Shown in pieces: positions 20,166 through 30,502 of a DNA stretch of 64,000 bases (position 1 is its first letter; the number at the start of each line of letters is the position of its first letter). The DNA is taken from assembly GCA_963827235.1 (NCBI GenBank), contig CAWHAE010000016.1, positions 448,001-512,000 of the forward strand, given 5' to 3'. Origin of the DNA: an uncultured bacterium. Its GTDB lineage: Bacteria; Chloroflexota; UBA5177; JANWHV01. The notes beneath the pieces were generated by a model. That model had not been told where the DNA came from. It saw nothing but the letters and a program-made list of their open reading frames with translations, and did not search any database. A program made the position numbers and the translations under genes.

Positions 20166-20558
20166 GCGGATCCCTTCCTCTACGAACTCAGGAACGGCCC
20201 TGCCTGGTCGATGGTGCGACTATCCATGGAGGTGAAACGCCCGGGAGTTCGGGCTCCACAAGTATACATCAATGGGACCGGAGCCCCTGACAGCGTGTGG
20301 CCGGCTCGGGGCCGACTCGCTTGCTCCAACAACCCAATTGCCCCTCGGCCGCCCGCCGCCGACGGGGTCCGGCACTGGTGCGTGCCGCGACCGGGTACAT
20401 ACACGCCGGTCTGTGCTAGACGTGATAGCACATCTCAGGCCAACTAGACAATTGCCCGGAGAGCGTAACTCGGGATTGCCGGCGCGGTCAGCAGCGTTGT
20501 TCCCGCAGGAGCGGCTTGAAGCGGACAAGATCAGCCATCTACGGGCCTGCCGGAACGA

Positions 20559-20596
20559 GGTGGGCGGGAGAGCCCGCTCGGAGCCTCCCGCCCACC
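20559..20596 (-). terminator. Stem-loop downstream of ppdK
   Basis: GGTGGGCGGGAG...CTCCCGCCCACC 12-bp inverted repeat about 20 bp past the stop; no clear U-tract. Confidence 0.55.
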
Positions 20597-20617
20597 ATAC
20601 GTGGCTACGCGAAAAGC

Positions 20618-23333
20618 CTACTTGTCGCGCTCGCCGCCGACGATCGCCGCCTGTGCAGCGGCAAGCCGCGCTACCGGCACACGGAACGGCGAGCAGCTGA
20701 CGTAGGTCAGACCCGCCTGGTGGCAGAACTCGATCGAGCTTGGGTCGCCGCCATGCTCGCCGCAGATACCGAGCGTGATGTCGGGCCGAACCGACCGGCC
20801 CTTTTCGACCGCCATCTTGACCAACGCTCCCACACCTTCACGATCCAGCACCTGGAATGGATTCTCGGGCAGGATCTTCTCCTCGACGTACCGAAGCAGG
20901 AACTTGCCCTCGGCGTCATCGCGCGAGAAGCCGAACGTAGTCTGCGTAAGGTCGTTGGTACCAAAGCTGAAGAACTCGGCGTACTTCGCGATGGCATCGG
21001 CAGTCAGCGCCGCACGCGGCAGCTCGATCATCGTGCCGATCTTGAAGTGGACTCTGACTCCCTGGCGTGCTTGCTCCTCTTCGGCTACCTTCTCGAGCTG
21101 CTTCCTGGTGATATCCAGCTCGTTTACGTGGCTGACCAGAGGAACCATGATCTCCGGGTGGACGTCGACTCCCTCTTTCTTCAGCTCGCATGCTGCGCCG
21201 ATGATGGCACGACACTGCATCGTGGTGATGCCCGGGAAGGTCAAGCCCAGGCGAATACCGCGGAGGCCGAGCATCGGGTTCTGCTCGCGCATGCCCTCGA
21301 TGGCGTGCAGCAGCTTCTCCTGCTTTGCCAGCTCCGTGGGGTTGTCTCCACGGGTGCGCAGCTCCACCACCTTGGTGAGCGTCTCCTCGAAGGACGGCAG
21401 GAACTCATGCAACGGCGGATCGATGAGCCGGATCACGACCGGCAGTCCTTCCATTGCCTTGAGGATGCCGCGGAAATCGGCTTTCTGAACGGGCAGCAGC
21501 TTGTCGAGGGCCTCCTGGCGCTCTTCCTCGGTTTCGGCCAGGATCATCTGCTGCACGACGGGAAGGCGCTCTTCCTCGAAGAACATGTGCTCGGTGCGGC
21601 AAAGACCAATGCCCTGGGCTCCGAACTCGCGGGCCTTCTGCGCGTCGCGAGGATAATCGCCATTAGCCCACACCTGGAGCCGGCGGACTTCGTCGGCCCA
21701 GCCAAGCAGCGTCTGCAGGTCCTTCTCCTCGGAGAAGTTCGGCGACTTCGACTGGATGGATCCGGCAAACACCTCGCCGGTGGTGCCGTCGATGGAGATG
21801 AAATCGCCTTCTTTCACCACCTGGTCGCCGGCGCGCATGGTCGCGGTCCGCTCATCGATGCGCAGATCCCCGGCGCCCGCCACACAGGGCTTGCCCATGG
21901 AGCGAGCGACCACTGCCGCGTGGCTGGTCGCGCCGCCTCGAGCCGTCAGCACGCCCTTGCGCCGCGATCATACCGTGGACGTCGTCGGGAGAGGTTTCCT
22001 GGCGAACCAGGATCACGGCCTCGCCCTTTGTGCCGAGCTCCTCGGCGCGATCGGCGGTGAAGATTGCCTTGCCGGCTGCTGCTCCGGGCGAGGCATTGAG
22101 ACCCTTGGCCAGGAGCCGCTTCTCAGCCGTCGCCTTTGCCTTGTCGGCGGGGTCGAACCGAGGCAGCAGCAGCTGCGTGATATCGCCGGCCGGCACATAC
22201 TTCTCGGTCAGTGCCGTCCTGCGGTCGATAATGCCCTCGTTGGCCAGCTCAACGGCGATCTTGACCGCCGCGGGACCAGTACGCTTGCCCGATCGAGTCT
22301 GAAGCATGTAGAGGGTGCCGCGCTCGATGGTGAACTCCATGTCCTGGATGTCCTTGTAGTGGCGCTCCAGTCGCGTGGCGATCTCATCGAACTGCTTGTA
22401 CACCGCGGGCATGTCGCGCGCGAGCGTCGCGATCGGTGCCGGTGTACGGATACCCGCCACGACGTCCTCGCCCTGTGCGTTGAGCAGATATTCGCCGTAG
22501 AGCTTCTTCTCACCGGTCGAGGGATTCCGCGTAAAGGCAACGCCGGTCCCCGAATCGGTGCCCATGTTGCCGAACACCATGGTCTGCACGTTCACCGCGG
22601 TGCCCAGCGTGTGTGAGATCTTGTTGAAGTTGCGATAGTCGATAGCGCGTTTGCCGTTCCAGGAAAGGAAGACGGCCATCACCGCGCGCTCAAGCTGGGC
22701 AAGCGGCTCGGTCGGGAAGTCCTCTCCGGTCTCGCGCTTGACGATGCCCTTGTAGGTGCTCACGAGCTTCTTCAGCGAGTCGACGCTCAGGTCGGCGTCT
22801 GTTTTGGCACCGGCCGACGCTTTGGCCGCGTCGAGGTCGTGCTCAAACGCCTCACCCTTAATGCCCAGCACGATTTTGCCGAATAGCTGAATGAACCGCC
22901 TGTAGGCGTCGAAGGCGAATCGCTCGTTGTTGGTCAGTTTCGCCAGGCCAGCGGTGACTTCGTCGTTGAGGCCCAGGTTGAGCACAGTGTCCATCATGCC
23001 CGGCATGGAGAACTTCGCGCCCGATCGCACGGAGACGAGTAGGGGATTCGTGGCGTCGCCGAACTTCTTGCCCGTCTTCGCTTCGACGGTTTTCAGCGAG
23101 TCGAGCACCTGCGCCCAGAGTCCTTCGGGCAGCTTCTGGTCGCCGGCATAGAATGCGTTACAAGCCTCCGTGGTGATGGTGAAGCCTGGCGGAACAGGTA
23201 GTCCGGCGTTTGTCATCTCCGCGCATCCAGCGCCCTTGCCACCAAGCAAGTCGCGCATGGTCGCGTTGCCTTCGCTGAAGAGATAGACCCACTTCTTAGT
23301 GCCTGTCACGTTACCTGCCTTTTCATGAACCAT
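20618..23333 (-). CDS. ppdK: Pyruvate phosphate dikinase (apparent +1 frameshift near 21955)
   Basis: LGGKGA, VSVRSGA, GGATSHAAVVAR (phospho-His), GLCRTEHMF, SFGTNDLTQ, GICGEHGG. Confidence 0.94.
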
Positions 23334-23577
23334 CCGATACGCCCCCCCTGGCAGCTGCAGCGATACCGCGTAACCGTCTGCTCATTGCCAGACTCGGTCA
23401 CGTCGCGAGGCCGTCGCGAACCCCAACGGCAGGCAAAGTCGCCAGACAAGCTGGACCCAAGGCGAGCCCCGTTCGTAGTGTACTAAGTTGCCGACCTCGC
23501 GGGGACGCCACAAGGGCAGCGTCCCCAAGCCCATTGGTCATCAATTCCAAGGGCCGATAGGCACAAGCCTTGGAACG

Positions 23578-24363
23578 CTACTGCATGGCTACGGCGGCGG
23601 CCCGCAGGCCACGGACGGCGTCCACGAAGCCGGTCGACCGCAGTCGCAGGTCGAGAAGGTACTGGATATAGCCGATCATCACGTGCTCGGCCTCGGCCAG
23701 AGCATCCGGGGTCGGCTGCAACTTGGCAAGAGCCGCCTCCGGACGCACCTGGAGATTGCGCAGGATGCGCAGCTGCTCCTGCCCTGCAGGAAACGCGTCG
23801 GCGGTCCTCGCGCTGCACGCCGGGCACAGCACGCCACCTTCTCTATAGGAGAAGCCATTCACCTCCGGGCGAATCTCGGCGCCGCACACGGTGCAGCGAA
23901 AGAGCTCCGGCCGGTAGCCTGCCACGCCGAGCAGCTCGAGCTCGAACGCACGAGCCGCGAGGTTGGCATCGACGGCCGGCTGGTCGAGGCGTCGCAGGTG
24001 ATGAAGTAGTGCGTCGTAGAGTCCGGCAACAGGGTGCTGCTCTTCGGTGAAGCGATCGACGAGCTCTGCCGCGTAGAAGGCAAGAGACACGCGCCAAAGA
24101 TCCGTGTGCAGGCTTTCGAACTGCTGAATCGTCGTGCCCTGGGTCACGAGGTCAAACGTGCGTCCGCGCACAATGAAGAGGTTGCTGCAGGTGAACAGGC
24201 CGACGTGGCCGGCAAGGCGGCTCGCCGTCCGCCGCACCCCTTTGGCAAGAGCGCGCAGCTTCCCGTGCTCAGGCGTGAACAGCACGAGCAAGCGGTCCCG
24301 CTCGGCAAACACGGAACTCTTGAGCACAATGGCATCGGATCGGAAGGTACGGAGCGCAGCCAT
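23578..24363 (-). CDS. recO: DNA repair protein RecO
   Basis: ERDRLLVLFTPEHGKLRALAKGVRR; Zn finger CTVCG...CPAC. Confidence 0.95.
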   Translation of the reverse strand: MAALRTFRSDAIVLKSSVFAERDRLLVLFTPEHGKLRALAKGVRRTASRLAGHVGLFTCSNLFIVRGRTFDLVTQGTTIQQFESLHTDLWRVSLAFYAAELVDRFTEEQHPVAGLYDALLHHLRRLDQPAVDANLAARAFELELLGVAGYRPELFRCTVCGAEIRPEVNGFSYREGGVLCPACSARTADAFPAGQEQLRILRNLQVRPEAALAKLQPTPDALAEAEHVMIGYIQYLLDLRLRSTGFVDAVRGLRAAAVAMQ

Positions 24364-24646
24364 CTCTGTCGCCTGCGATCATGGTGGAAGCACTAGCAAG
24401 TGTAGCACCGGCCGCCGATCCCAGGTCAGCGCACTGTATCCCGAGGAACGACCTGTAGCTCACCTGCCTGGCACCGGTGCCGCCATTGTGAGACCGCGAC
24501 ACCGCTTCGTCAAAAGCGCAGGTCCGGATGGCGCCGCATCGCATCCCCGCGCGTCTGGGTCCGCCGCTTGCAGGGCGCCCGCCGAACGACTGCGCATGCA
24601 GCGGCCCTGATGCCGGCACGAGGGAGCGGCGGAATGGCCCAAAACG

Positions 24647-24684
24647 CCAGGGGGACCGCGCCGACATCGGCGCGGTCCCCCTGG
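24647..24684 (-). terminator. Intrinsic terminator of the Flp pilin gene
   Basis: 17-bp stem CCAGGGGGACCGCGCCG/CGGCGCGGTCCCCCTGG followed by CGTTTT on the minus strand. Confidence 0.8.
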
Positions 24685-24706
24685 GCACTCAACGGGGCAA
24701 ACAGAC

Positions 24707-24901
24707 TTACAGGGCGCTGGAGACAGTATTCAGAGTGTTCGAGATGGACGGCTGCAGGAACTTGAGGGCCACGATCACCAGGATGGCGATGAGCGCCAGG
24801 ATAAGGGCGTACTCTACCAAACCCTGACCTTCTTCGCGGCGAAGGTGACGCTTGATCCAGGCCTTCAACTCAAGTGTGCGCGCTACGATGTACTCGTTCA
24901 C
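24707..24901 (-). CDS. flp: Flp/Fap family (Tad, type IVc) pilin
   Basis: EEG^QGLVEYALILALIAILVIVAL prepilin motif (G cleavage site, E+5, Y+6); GGGGAGG RBS then GTG 24901. Confidence 0.9.
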   Translation of the reverse strand: MNEYIVARTLELKAWIKRHLRREEGQGLVEYALILALIAILVIVALKFLQPSISNTLNTVSSAL

Positions 24902-24963
24902 GGGTGGAACCTCCCCAAGTTGAGCGTACATGTTAGGCGATTCCATTCACCGCCCAACTACCG

Positions 24964-25100
24964 ACACGAGTGTACGCCCGGCCCTGGGGCCTCCACAACA
25001 GCTTTCCTGGCACCTTTTCGGTGTCTAGTTAGCTACTTTTTTGGCGGGCAGACCCCGCGGATAGCACGAGAGTCGCATTGCGGAGGCGGGACACTCGTGT
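24964..25100. promoter_or_regulatory. Repeated pseudo-palindromic motif ACACGAGTGT in the divergent promoter region (candidate operator)
   Basis: ACACGAGTGT 24964-24973; reverse complement ACACTCGTGT 25091-25100; 8/10 copy GCACGAGAGT 25064-25073. Confidence 0.45.
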
Positions 25101-25235
25101 TAGCCTCAGGGCAAGCCACAGCCACTATGGGTTGTGTCCCGGGCGTCCGCGGCATGCCCTGAACAGGATGGATCCCACCGGCGTGCTCTCCCCGCGAGGT
25201 GCCGGCGGTGAGCAATCTCGGCACTGAGAATCGCG

Positions 25236-27104
25236 ATGCAAAGCCTGGCTACAGGTGGCTCAGTAGAACGTGGCGCAGCTCCCGGCCGGGCTGCGTCGGC
25301 TTCACTGCATCACCGCGCCCCCACCGAGGAGCCGAGCGCGGATCGCGTGCCGGGCAGGCGGTTTCGCAAGCCGTTGCTGGTCGTTCGAGTCGAGCTACTC
25401 CTCTACTCCTGGTCGAGCATCGAGGCGCGAATCGTCTGCCTCCAGTGGCTGGCGATGGTCCTGGTCGGCATTGGCGCCGCGCTGCCCAATCCGCTCGGAC
25501 CCGGACTCAGCACGCCAACGGTCGTGCTTGTCGAGTCGGTGCTGCTCGTACATCCCATTGCGTACTCCCTGGTCGCGTACTTCGGCTATCCCGCGGTACT
25601 GGGCGACGCGCCCATGCGGAAGGGGGTGCTCACCGCCATCGACGTCGGCGTGGCGGTCAGCGTGCTGGGCTTGACGGTCACTGCACCCAGCTACGCCCAG
25701 GCGCTGCCGTTCTGCGTCGTGCTGCTGGCCGCTACCCGTTACAGCCGCGTACAAGCGGTCGGCATCACGTCGCTGCTCGCAGTGTTACAGTTCTTCTCGT
25801 TCCTTGCCGCCAGTCACGACGGAATCCAGCTAACCAGCCTGAGCAGCGTGGTGGTTGCTATGTTCGCGCTTACTTACGGTGTGAACTTCCTGAGTGAAGC
25901 CGAGCGCAAAGAAGCGTCCATAGCGCTCGAAAACGCCAGGCTCTACCGAGGAGTACTGCAGCGCAACAGGGAGTTGGCGACGATCAATTCGCTAAGTCAA
26001 ACCGCAACCGAGGACACCCAGCCCGACCGCCTACTGGAGAGCGGCCTCGAGCTGATTCTGACCTCGCTGCCGGCCACTTGGGGACAGGCGTTTCGCTATG
26101 ACCAGCGGCTGGGAGAGGTAGAGGTCCTCTTCGCTCGCTGCGCCCAGACGAACGACAGCGGTCCGTCGGACGACGAGCTGCGAGGCGAAGCCCTGCGTGC
26201 TGCGCGCTCGCGTTCGATTATCGTCGAGGACTGCCTCTCGCCCGAGGGAGAGCCGGCCCACCGCATCAGCGCGCCGATCGTGGTGCAGGGCAGCACGGAA
26301 GGAGTGCTCCAGGCACTGATTCCGGATGTGGAGGGCGAGGCCGGCGGCAGTCCCCCGGCGCAGAGTATGGCAGTCGTCTGCCAGGAGCTGGGCACGTGGA
26401 TCGAGCGCGCCATGCTTCGCGATGCAGCGCAACGCAGCCTAGTGCTGGAGGAGAAGAGCCGCATAGCGCGAGAGCTGCACGACACCGTCCTGCAAATACT
26501 GTTTAGCATTGGGCTCGGCGTGGAGTGGTGCATGAGTCGCGCCGACGGCGACAGCGGCATGCTGAACCGGCTGCAGGAGATGCACAAGCTCACCGCGAGC
26601 GCCAGCAGCGAGCTGCGAAGTGCCATATTCACGCTCTCGTCTGACATCGCCGAGGTGGGGCTGATACCGGCCCTTGAGCGGCTGGCTAACGATTTCACCA
26701 AGCAGCATAACCTGCCGGTGTCGTTGAGCTGGTCAGGCCTGCAGCCCGAGATCTCAGTGCTCGGCCAGAACGCCATTCACAGGGTGGTGCGCGAAAGCCT
26801 GATGAATGCATACAAGCATGCGCAGGCTACACACGTGTCCGTACGCGTCATTTTCGAGACGGGCTTCGCGACGGTCGTTGTACAGGATGACGGCATCGGC
26901 CTCTCCGAGGAGGTCATGGAGCGATACGCGAGAGACCCGGCTCACTTTGGCTTGCGAACAATTGCCCAGCAGGTGCAGCAGCTGCGCGGCACGTTCGAGC
27001 TGATGAACGGCGACGAATCGGGAGCCGTAGTACGAGCCGTCGTGCCAATCGTACGCCGGTCGGAGGAAACCACCTATGCAGATACCGGTAGAGACGCGTA
27101 TTAG
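25236..27104 (+). CDS. Membrane sensor histidine kinase (TM bundle, GAF-like, HisKA_3, HATPase); start uncertain
   Basis: About 5-6 TM helices; RIARELHDT, ESLMNAYKHA, DDGIG, HFGL. Confidence 0.9.
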   Translation: MQSLATGGSVERGAAPGRAASASLHHRAPTEEPSADRVPGRRFRKPLLVVRVELLLYSWSSIEARIVCLQWLAMVLVGIGAALPNPLGPGLSTPTVVLVESVLLVHPIAYSLVAYFGYPAVLGDAPMRKGVLTAIDVGVAVSVLGLTVTAPSYAQALPFCVVLLAATRYSRVQAVGITSLLAVLQFFSFLAASHDGIQLTSLSSVVVAMFALTYGVNFLSEAERKEASIALENARLYRGVLQRNRELATINSLSQTATEDTQPDRLLESGLELILTSLPATWGQAFRYDQRLGEVEVLFARCAQTNDSGPSDDELRGEALRAARSRSIIVEDCLSPEGEPAHRISAPIVVQGSTEGVLQALIPDVEGEAGGSPPAQSMAVVCQELGTWIERAMLRDAAQRSLVLEEKSRIARELHDTVLQILFSIGLGVEWCMSRADGDSGMLNRLQEMHKLTASASSELRSAIFTLSSDIAEVGLIPALERLANDFTKQHNLPVSLSWSGLQPEISVLGQNAIHRVVRESLMNAYKHAQATHVSVRVIFETGFATVVVQDDGIGLSEEVMERYARDPAHFGLRTIAQQVQQLRGTFELMNGDESGAVVRAVVPIVRRSEETTYADTGRDAY

Positions 27105-27723
27105 GCTACTCATCGTGGACGATCACGATATCGTCCGCGAGGGCTTGATGTCGATTCTGAGCGAAGAACCGGACTTCGAGGTCGTAGGAGAGGCCGCGGA
27201 CGGTCACGCCGCTTTGAAGGCGGTCGACAAACTCAAGCCTGCGGTCGTCCTTCTGGACATGCGCATGCCGGGCTTTGACGGTATCGAGGTGTGCCGCGAG
27301 ATCAGCGCGAGGCATCCCGAGGTCCGCGTGATCATCCTCACGGCTTTCCTCGACAGCGATACGATCAATCGCTGCATTCAAGCCGGCGCCAAGGGTTACG
27401 TGATCAAAGATGTCGAACGCACCGACCTGAAGCGATCGATTCGCGACGTCGCTCATGGCGAAGCCTTCCTCGATCGCAAGGTTCACACTGCCGTGGTCGA
27501 GCGGCTTAAGCGAGAAGGCGACCGCAACCGGCCTGTCCTAACTGACCGAGAAATCAGTATCCTGAAGCTGATGGCGGAGGGCTTCACCAATCGGCAGATC
27601 GCCACGAAGCTCTATGTCAGCGAAGGCACAATCAAAGATCAGCTTCAGAAGATCATGGACAAGCTTGGCGCGACGAACAGAGTGTCGGCACTCTATGTGG
27701 CAGCAAAAGAGGGCCTCATCTAG
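27076..27723 (+). CDS. NarL/LuxR-family response regulator
   Basis: IVDDH, LLDMRMPG, GYVIK, LTDREISILKLMAEGFTNRQIA HTH. Confidence 0.95.
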   Translation: MQIPVETRIRLLIVDDHDIVREGLMSILSEEPDFEVVGEAADGHAALKAVDKLKPAVVLLDMRMPGFDGIEVCREISARHPEVRVIILTAFLDSDTINRCIQAGAKGYVIKDVERTDLKRSIRDVAHGEAFLDRKVHTAVVERLKREGDRNRPVLTDREISILKLMAEGFTNRQIATKLYVSEGTIKDQLQKIMDKLGATNRVSALYVAAKEGLI

Positions 27724-27757
27724 CCGCATCGCCTGGCTGCCGCGTCTTTGAGGGACC

Positions 27758-29641
27758 ATGACAGACTCGAGTTCGTCTCCCGAGAGCGGCTGGACCTCCT
27801 TTCTCGGTGAGATCGCCGCAGCAGGTCCTGATCTGCATGCGCTCGACGATATCGGCTATCGCTTCGCGACCTGCGGGCACGACCTGCCCATCTTGCTCGC
27901 ATCATTGACCTCCAGTGAGCACCTGCCGGCTCAGACTGCGTCGCTCGCCCGCGGGTATCTGCGCGGCGCTGCCGGCCGTGAATCCGAAGACGTGGCCGGT
28001 ATCCGGCTGGAGCTCGACCGAAGACGCGCGGAGCTGCGCGCTATGCAGCGCGTCAACGCGGTCGCCACGGGCAGCCTCGACGAGAACACCGTGCTCAACA
28101 ATGTGGTCGGTGCGGTTGCCGAAGTCATGGACGTCGACGTGTGCTCCATCTACCTGAGGCAGGGACAGAATCAGCTCGTGCTGCGAGCAACCTATGGGTT
28201 GAGCCAGGACGCGGTCGGTCAAGCCAGGCTCCGCGTCGGAGAAGGCGTGACCGGTCTGGCCGCCGAGCAGGGTAGGCCGGTTACCGTGCCGGACATCTGG
28301 TCGGACAGCCGCGCGAAGTATCTCCCTGAGACCAAGGAAGACGAATACCACTCTATCCTGTCGATCCCAATCAAGGCCGCGGCGACGGAGTATGTCCAGG
28401 GCGTCCTCAACGTACAGACACGAGAGGTCTGTGAGTTCACCAACGACGACATCGGCTTTCTGGAGATGATCGCCGGGCACCTGGGTCTCTCGATTGAAAA
28501 CGCCCGCTCCTATGGTCAGACCGACGCGCAGCTCCGGCAGAAGGTCAACGCTCTGACAACGCTTCACCAGGTCGTGCTCGCCGTGTCGAGCAGTCTCGAC
28601 CTGCGACGAGTGCTCAACACCATCGCCCGACAGGCGCTGACACTCTGCCAGGGAGAGAGCAGTGCCATTCTGTCACGCAAAGGCCAGCAGCTCCGTGTGG
28701 AAGCCTTTTGCGGCGATGGTGACCTCGAGCACACGGAGTTCGTGCGGGAGATCGCGCGTGCCGCGATTGTGCAGGGAGCGCACCAGGTGCAGCTATCACC
28801 TCCCGGTGAAGACAATGTGCAGCGGGCCTTGCTGTGCGTGCCGCTACGCGGGCATGGCTCGACGTACGGTGCGCTGGCGGTGTTCGGCAAGGCCGAGCAG
28901 GGCTTCGATGGAGAGACGAGTGACCTGCTCACCGACTTCGCCTGCGAGGCAGCCATGGCGATTGAGAATGCCCAGCTCCACCAGGCGACTCAGCAAAGTC
29001 TGGAAGCAAAGTCCGTCCTCCTGTCGGAGTTGCACCATCGAGTGAAGAACAACTTGCAGACCGTGGGGTCACTTCTCTCACTCGCTCTCCGGCACACGAA
29101 GTCGGAAGAAGCCGCTGAGACGTTGCGCGACAGCTACAACCGCGTGCAGAGCATCGCGGCTGCCCACGATCTTCTCTCCCGGCAAACTATTGGAGTGACC
29201 ACGATCGGCGAGGTCGCCAACAAGGTGATTGGTCTGCTCGAGCCTACCGTTCAGTCTCGTACACAGGTGAAGTTCATCGCCGAAGGAGATTCGATCGAAG
29301 TGGAGACGCGGGAGGCCACCACGCTGGCGATTCTCCTCAACGAGCTGCTGACCAACGCGATGAGACACGGGCTGCGGGGACGCGATGGCGGGACCGTTCG
29401 CGTGCTGTTCGGTCGCCAGGGATCGGAAGCCTGGGTGTCGGTAGCCGACGATGGAAACGGCTTACCGTCCGACTTCACACTCAACAAGAACAAGGGACTC
29501 GGGCTCTCTATCGTGCGAACGCTGGTCGAGGCCGACCTTCACGGGCAGGTTAACTGGGCAAGCGACCACGGCGCCCGCTTCACGCTGCTCTTTGTCCCGT
29601 CCGTGGGCTCCAGCCCGCGCGCGCTGGCGGCGCGCGCCTGA
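27758..29641 (+). CDS. Cytoplasmic GAF-GAF-HisKA_2 histidine kinase (PdtaS/EutW-like core)
   Basis: Two GAF domains; ELHHRVKNNLQ, NELLTNAMRHG, DDGNG, GLGLSIV; no TM segment. Confidence 0.9.
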   Translation: MTDSSSSPESGWTSFLGEIAAAGPDLHALDDIGYRFATCGHDLPILLASLTSSEHLPAQTASLARGYLRGAAGRESEDVAGIRLELDRRRAELRAMQRVNAVATGSLDENTVLNNVVGAVAEVMDVDVCSIYLRQGQNQLVLRATYGLSQDAVGQARLRVGEGVTGLAAEQGRPVTVPDIWSDSRAKYLPETKEDEYHSILSIPIKAAATEYVQGVLNVQTREVCEFTNDDIGFLEMIAGHLGLSIENARSYGQTDAQLRQKVNALTTLHQVVLAVSSSLDLRRVLNTIARQALTLCQGESSAILSRKGQQLRVEAFCGDGDLEHTEFVREIARAAIVQGAHQVQLSPPGEDNVQRALLCVPLRGHGSTYGALAVFGKAEQGFDGETSDLLTDFACEAAMAIENAQLHQATQQSLEAKSVLLSELHHRVKNNLQTVGSLLSLALRHTKSEEAAETLRDSYNRVQSIAAAHDLLSRQTIGVTTIGEVANKVIGLLEPTVQSRTQVKFIAEGDSIEVETREATTLAILLNELLTNAMRHGLRGRDGGTVRVLFGRQGSEAWVSVADDGNGLPSDFTLNKNKGLGLSIVRTLVEADLHGQVNWASDHGARFTLLFVPSVGSSPRALAARA

Positions 29642-29674
29642 GCAGTCGAGCACAGGGCAGGGCTGCTCACCACC

Positions 29675-30502
29675 ATGCCGATGCAGGGCGGCGACGGGAC
29701 GGGTATTCGCTCGCGACTGGATCAACGCTTGATTGACCATGGTCTTGCGTCCGGCCGTGGCGAGGCACAGCGTCTGATCGAAGAGGGTCGCGTTACCGTG
29801 AACGGCCGGGTTGCCTCCCGTCCGGGAGCCGCCATCGGGGACGACGCCGAGATCGTCGTGGCTAAGCCGGAGATGCACTTTGCCAGTCGCGGCGGGCTCA
29901 AGCTTGATGCTGCTCTCGCTCGCTTTGCCATCGAGGTGGAGGGCCTCGTGGCGATTGATACAGGTGCCTCGACAGGAGGCTTCACCGACGTCCTGCTCCG
30001 TCGAGGAGCCGCGCGGGTCTATGCTATCGACGTCGGGTACGGGCAGCTTGCCTGGACGCTGCGCACCGACTCACGCGTCGTGGTCATGGAACGCACGAAC
30101 ATTCGCTACGTGACGCAGTTGCCCGAGAGCCCGGGCATCGCTACAATCGACGTATCGTTTATCTCCCTTGACCTTGTACTTCCCGCAGTGAGCAGGCTGC
30201 TCCGGCGCGACGCGCAGGCGGTCTGCCTGGTCAAGCCTCAATTTGAGGTCGGCAGGCATCTTGTGGGCAAGGGTGGCGTCGTCAGGAGCGTCGAGGCTCG
30301 ATCGGCTGCGGTTGGCCGTGTGTTGGCCAACGCGGTTGCGAGCGGCTGGCTTCTCGGAGGACTCATGGAGTCTCCAATCGTCGGCCCGGCCGGCAACCAC
30401 GAATTCCTCGCTTGGCTGCATCATGATGCATCACTGGGCATTGTCGACCTCGATGGCGAAATACAGAGGACAGTTCGTGGCGCAATCGACGCCGACCATT
30501 AG
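29675..30502 (+). CDS. tlyA: TlyA family rRNA 2'-O-methyltransferase
   Basis: S4 domain, SRGGLKL, DTGASTGGFTD, DVSFISL, KPQFE, GNHEF. Confidence 0.95.
   Translation: MPMQGGDGTGIRSRLDQRLIDHGLASGRGEAQRLIEEGRVTVNGRVASRPGAAIGDDAEIVVAKPEMHFASRGGLKLDAALARFAIEVEGLVAIDTGASTGGFTDVLLRRGAARVYAIDVGYGQLAWTLRTDSRVVVMERTNIRYVTQLPESPGIATIDVSFISLDLVLPAVSRLLRRDAQAVCLVKPQFEVGRHLVGKGGVVRSVEARSAAVGRVLANAVASGWLLGGLMESPIVGPAGNHEFLAWLHHDASLGIVDLDGEIQRTVRGAIDADH

Noticed and set aside
20460-20560. RNase P RNA-like fragment (TAGATGGCTG on the minus strand)
   Set aside because: The GAGGAAAGTCC and ACAGAANNCGGCTTA signatures are absent.
24990-25030. c-di-GMP-I riboswitch upstream of flp (CACC-GAAAA-GGTG hairpin)
   Set aside because: The GGCAAAC/GCAAAGC core and the second stem are not recognisable; an Rfam scan would be needed.
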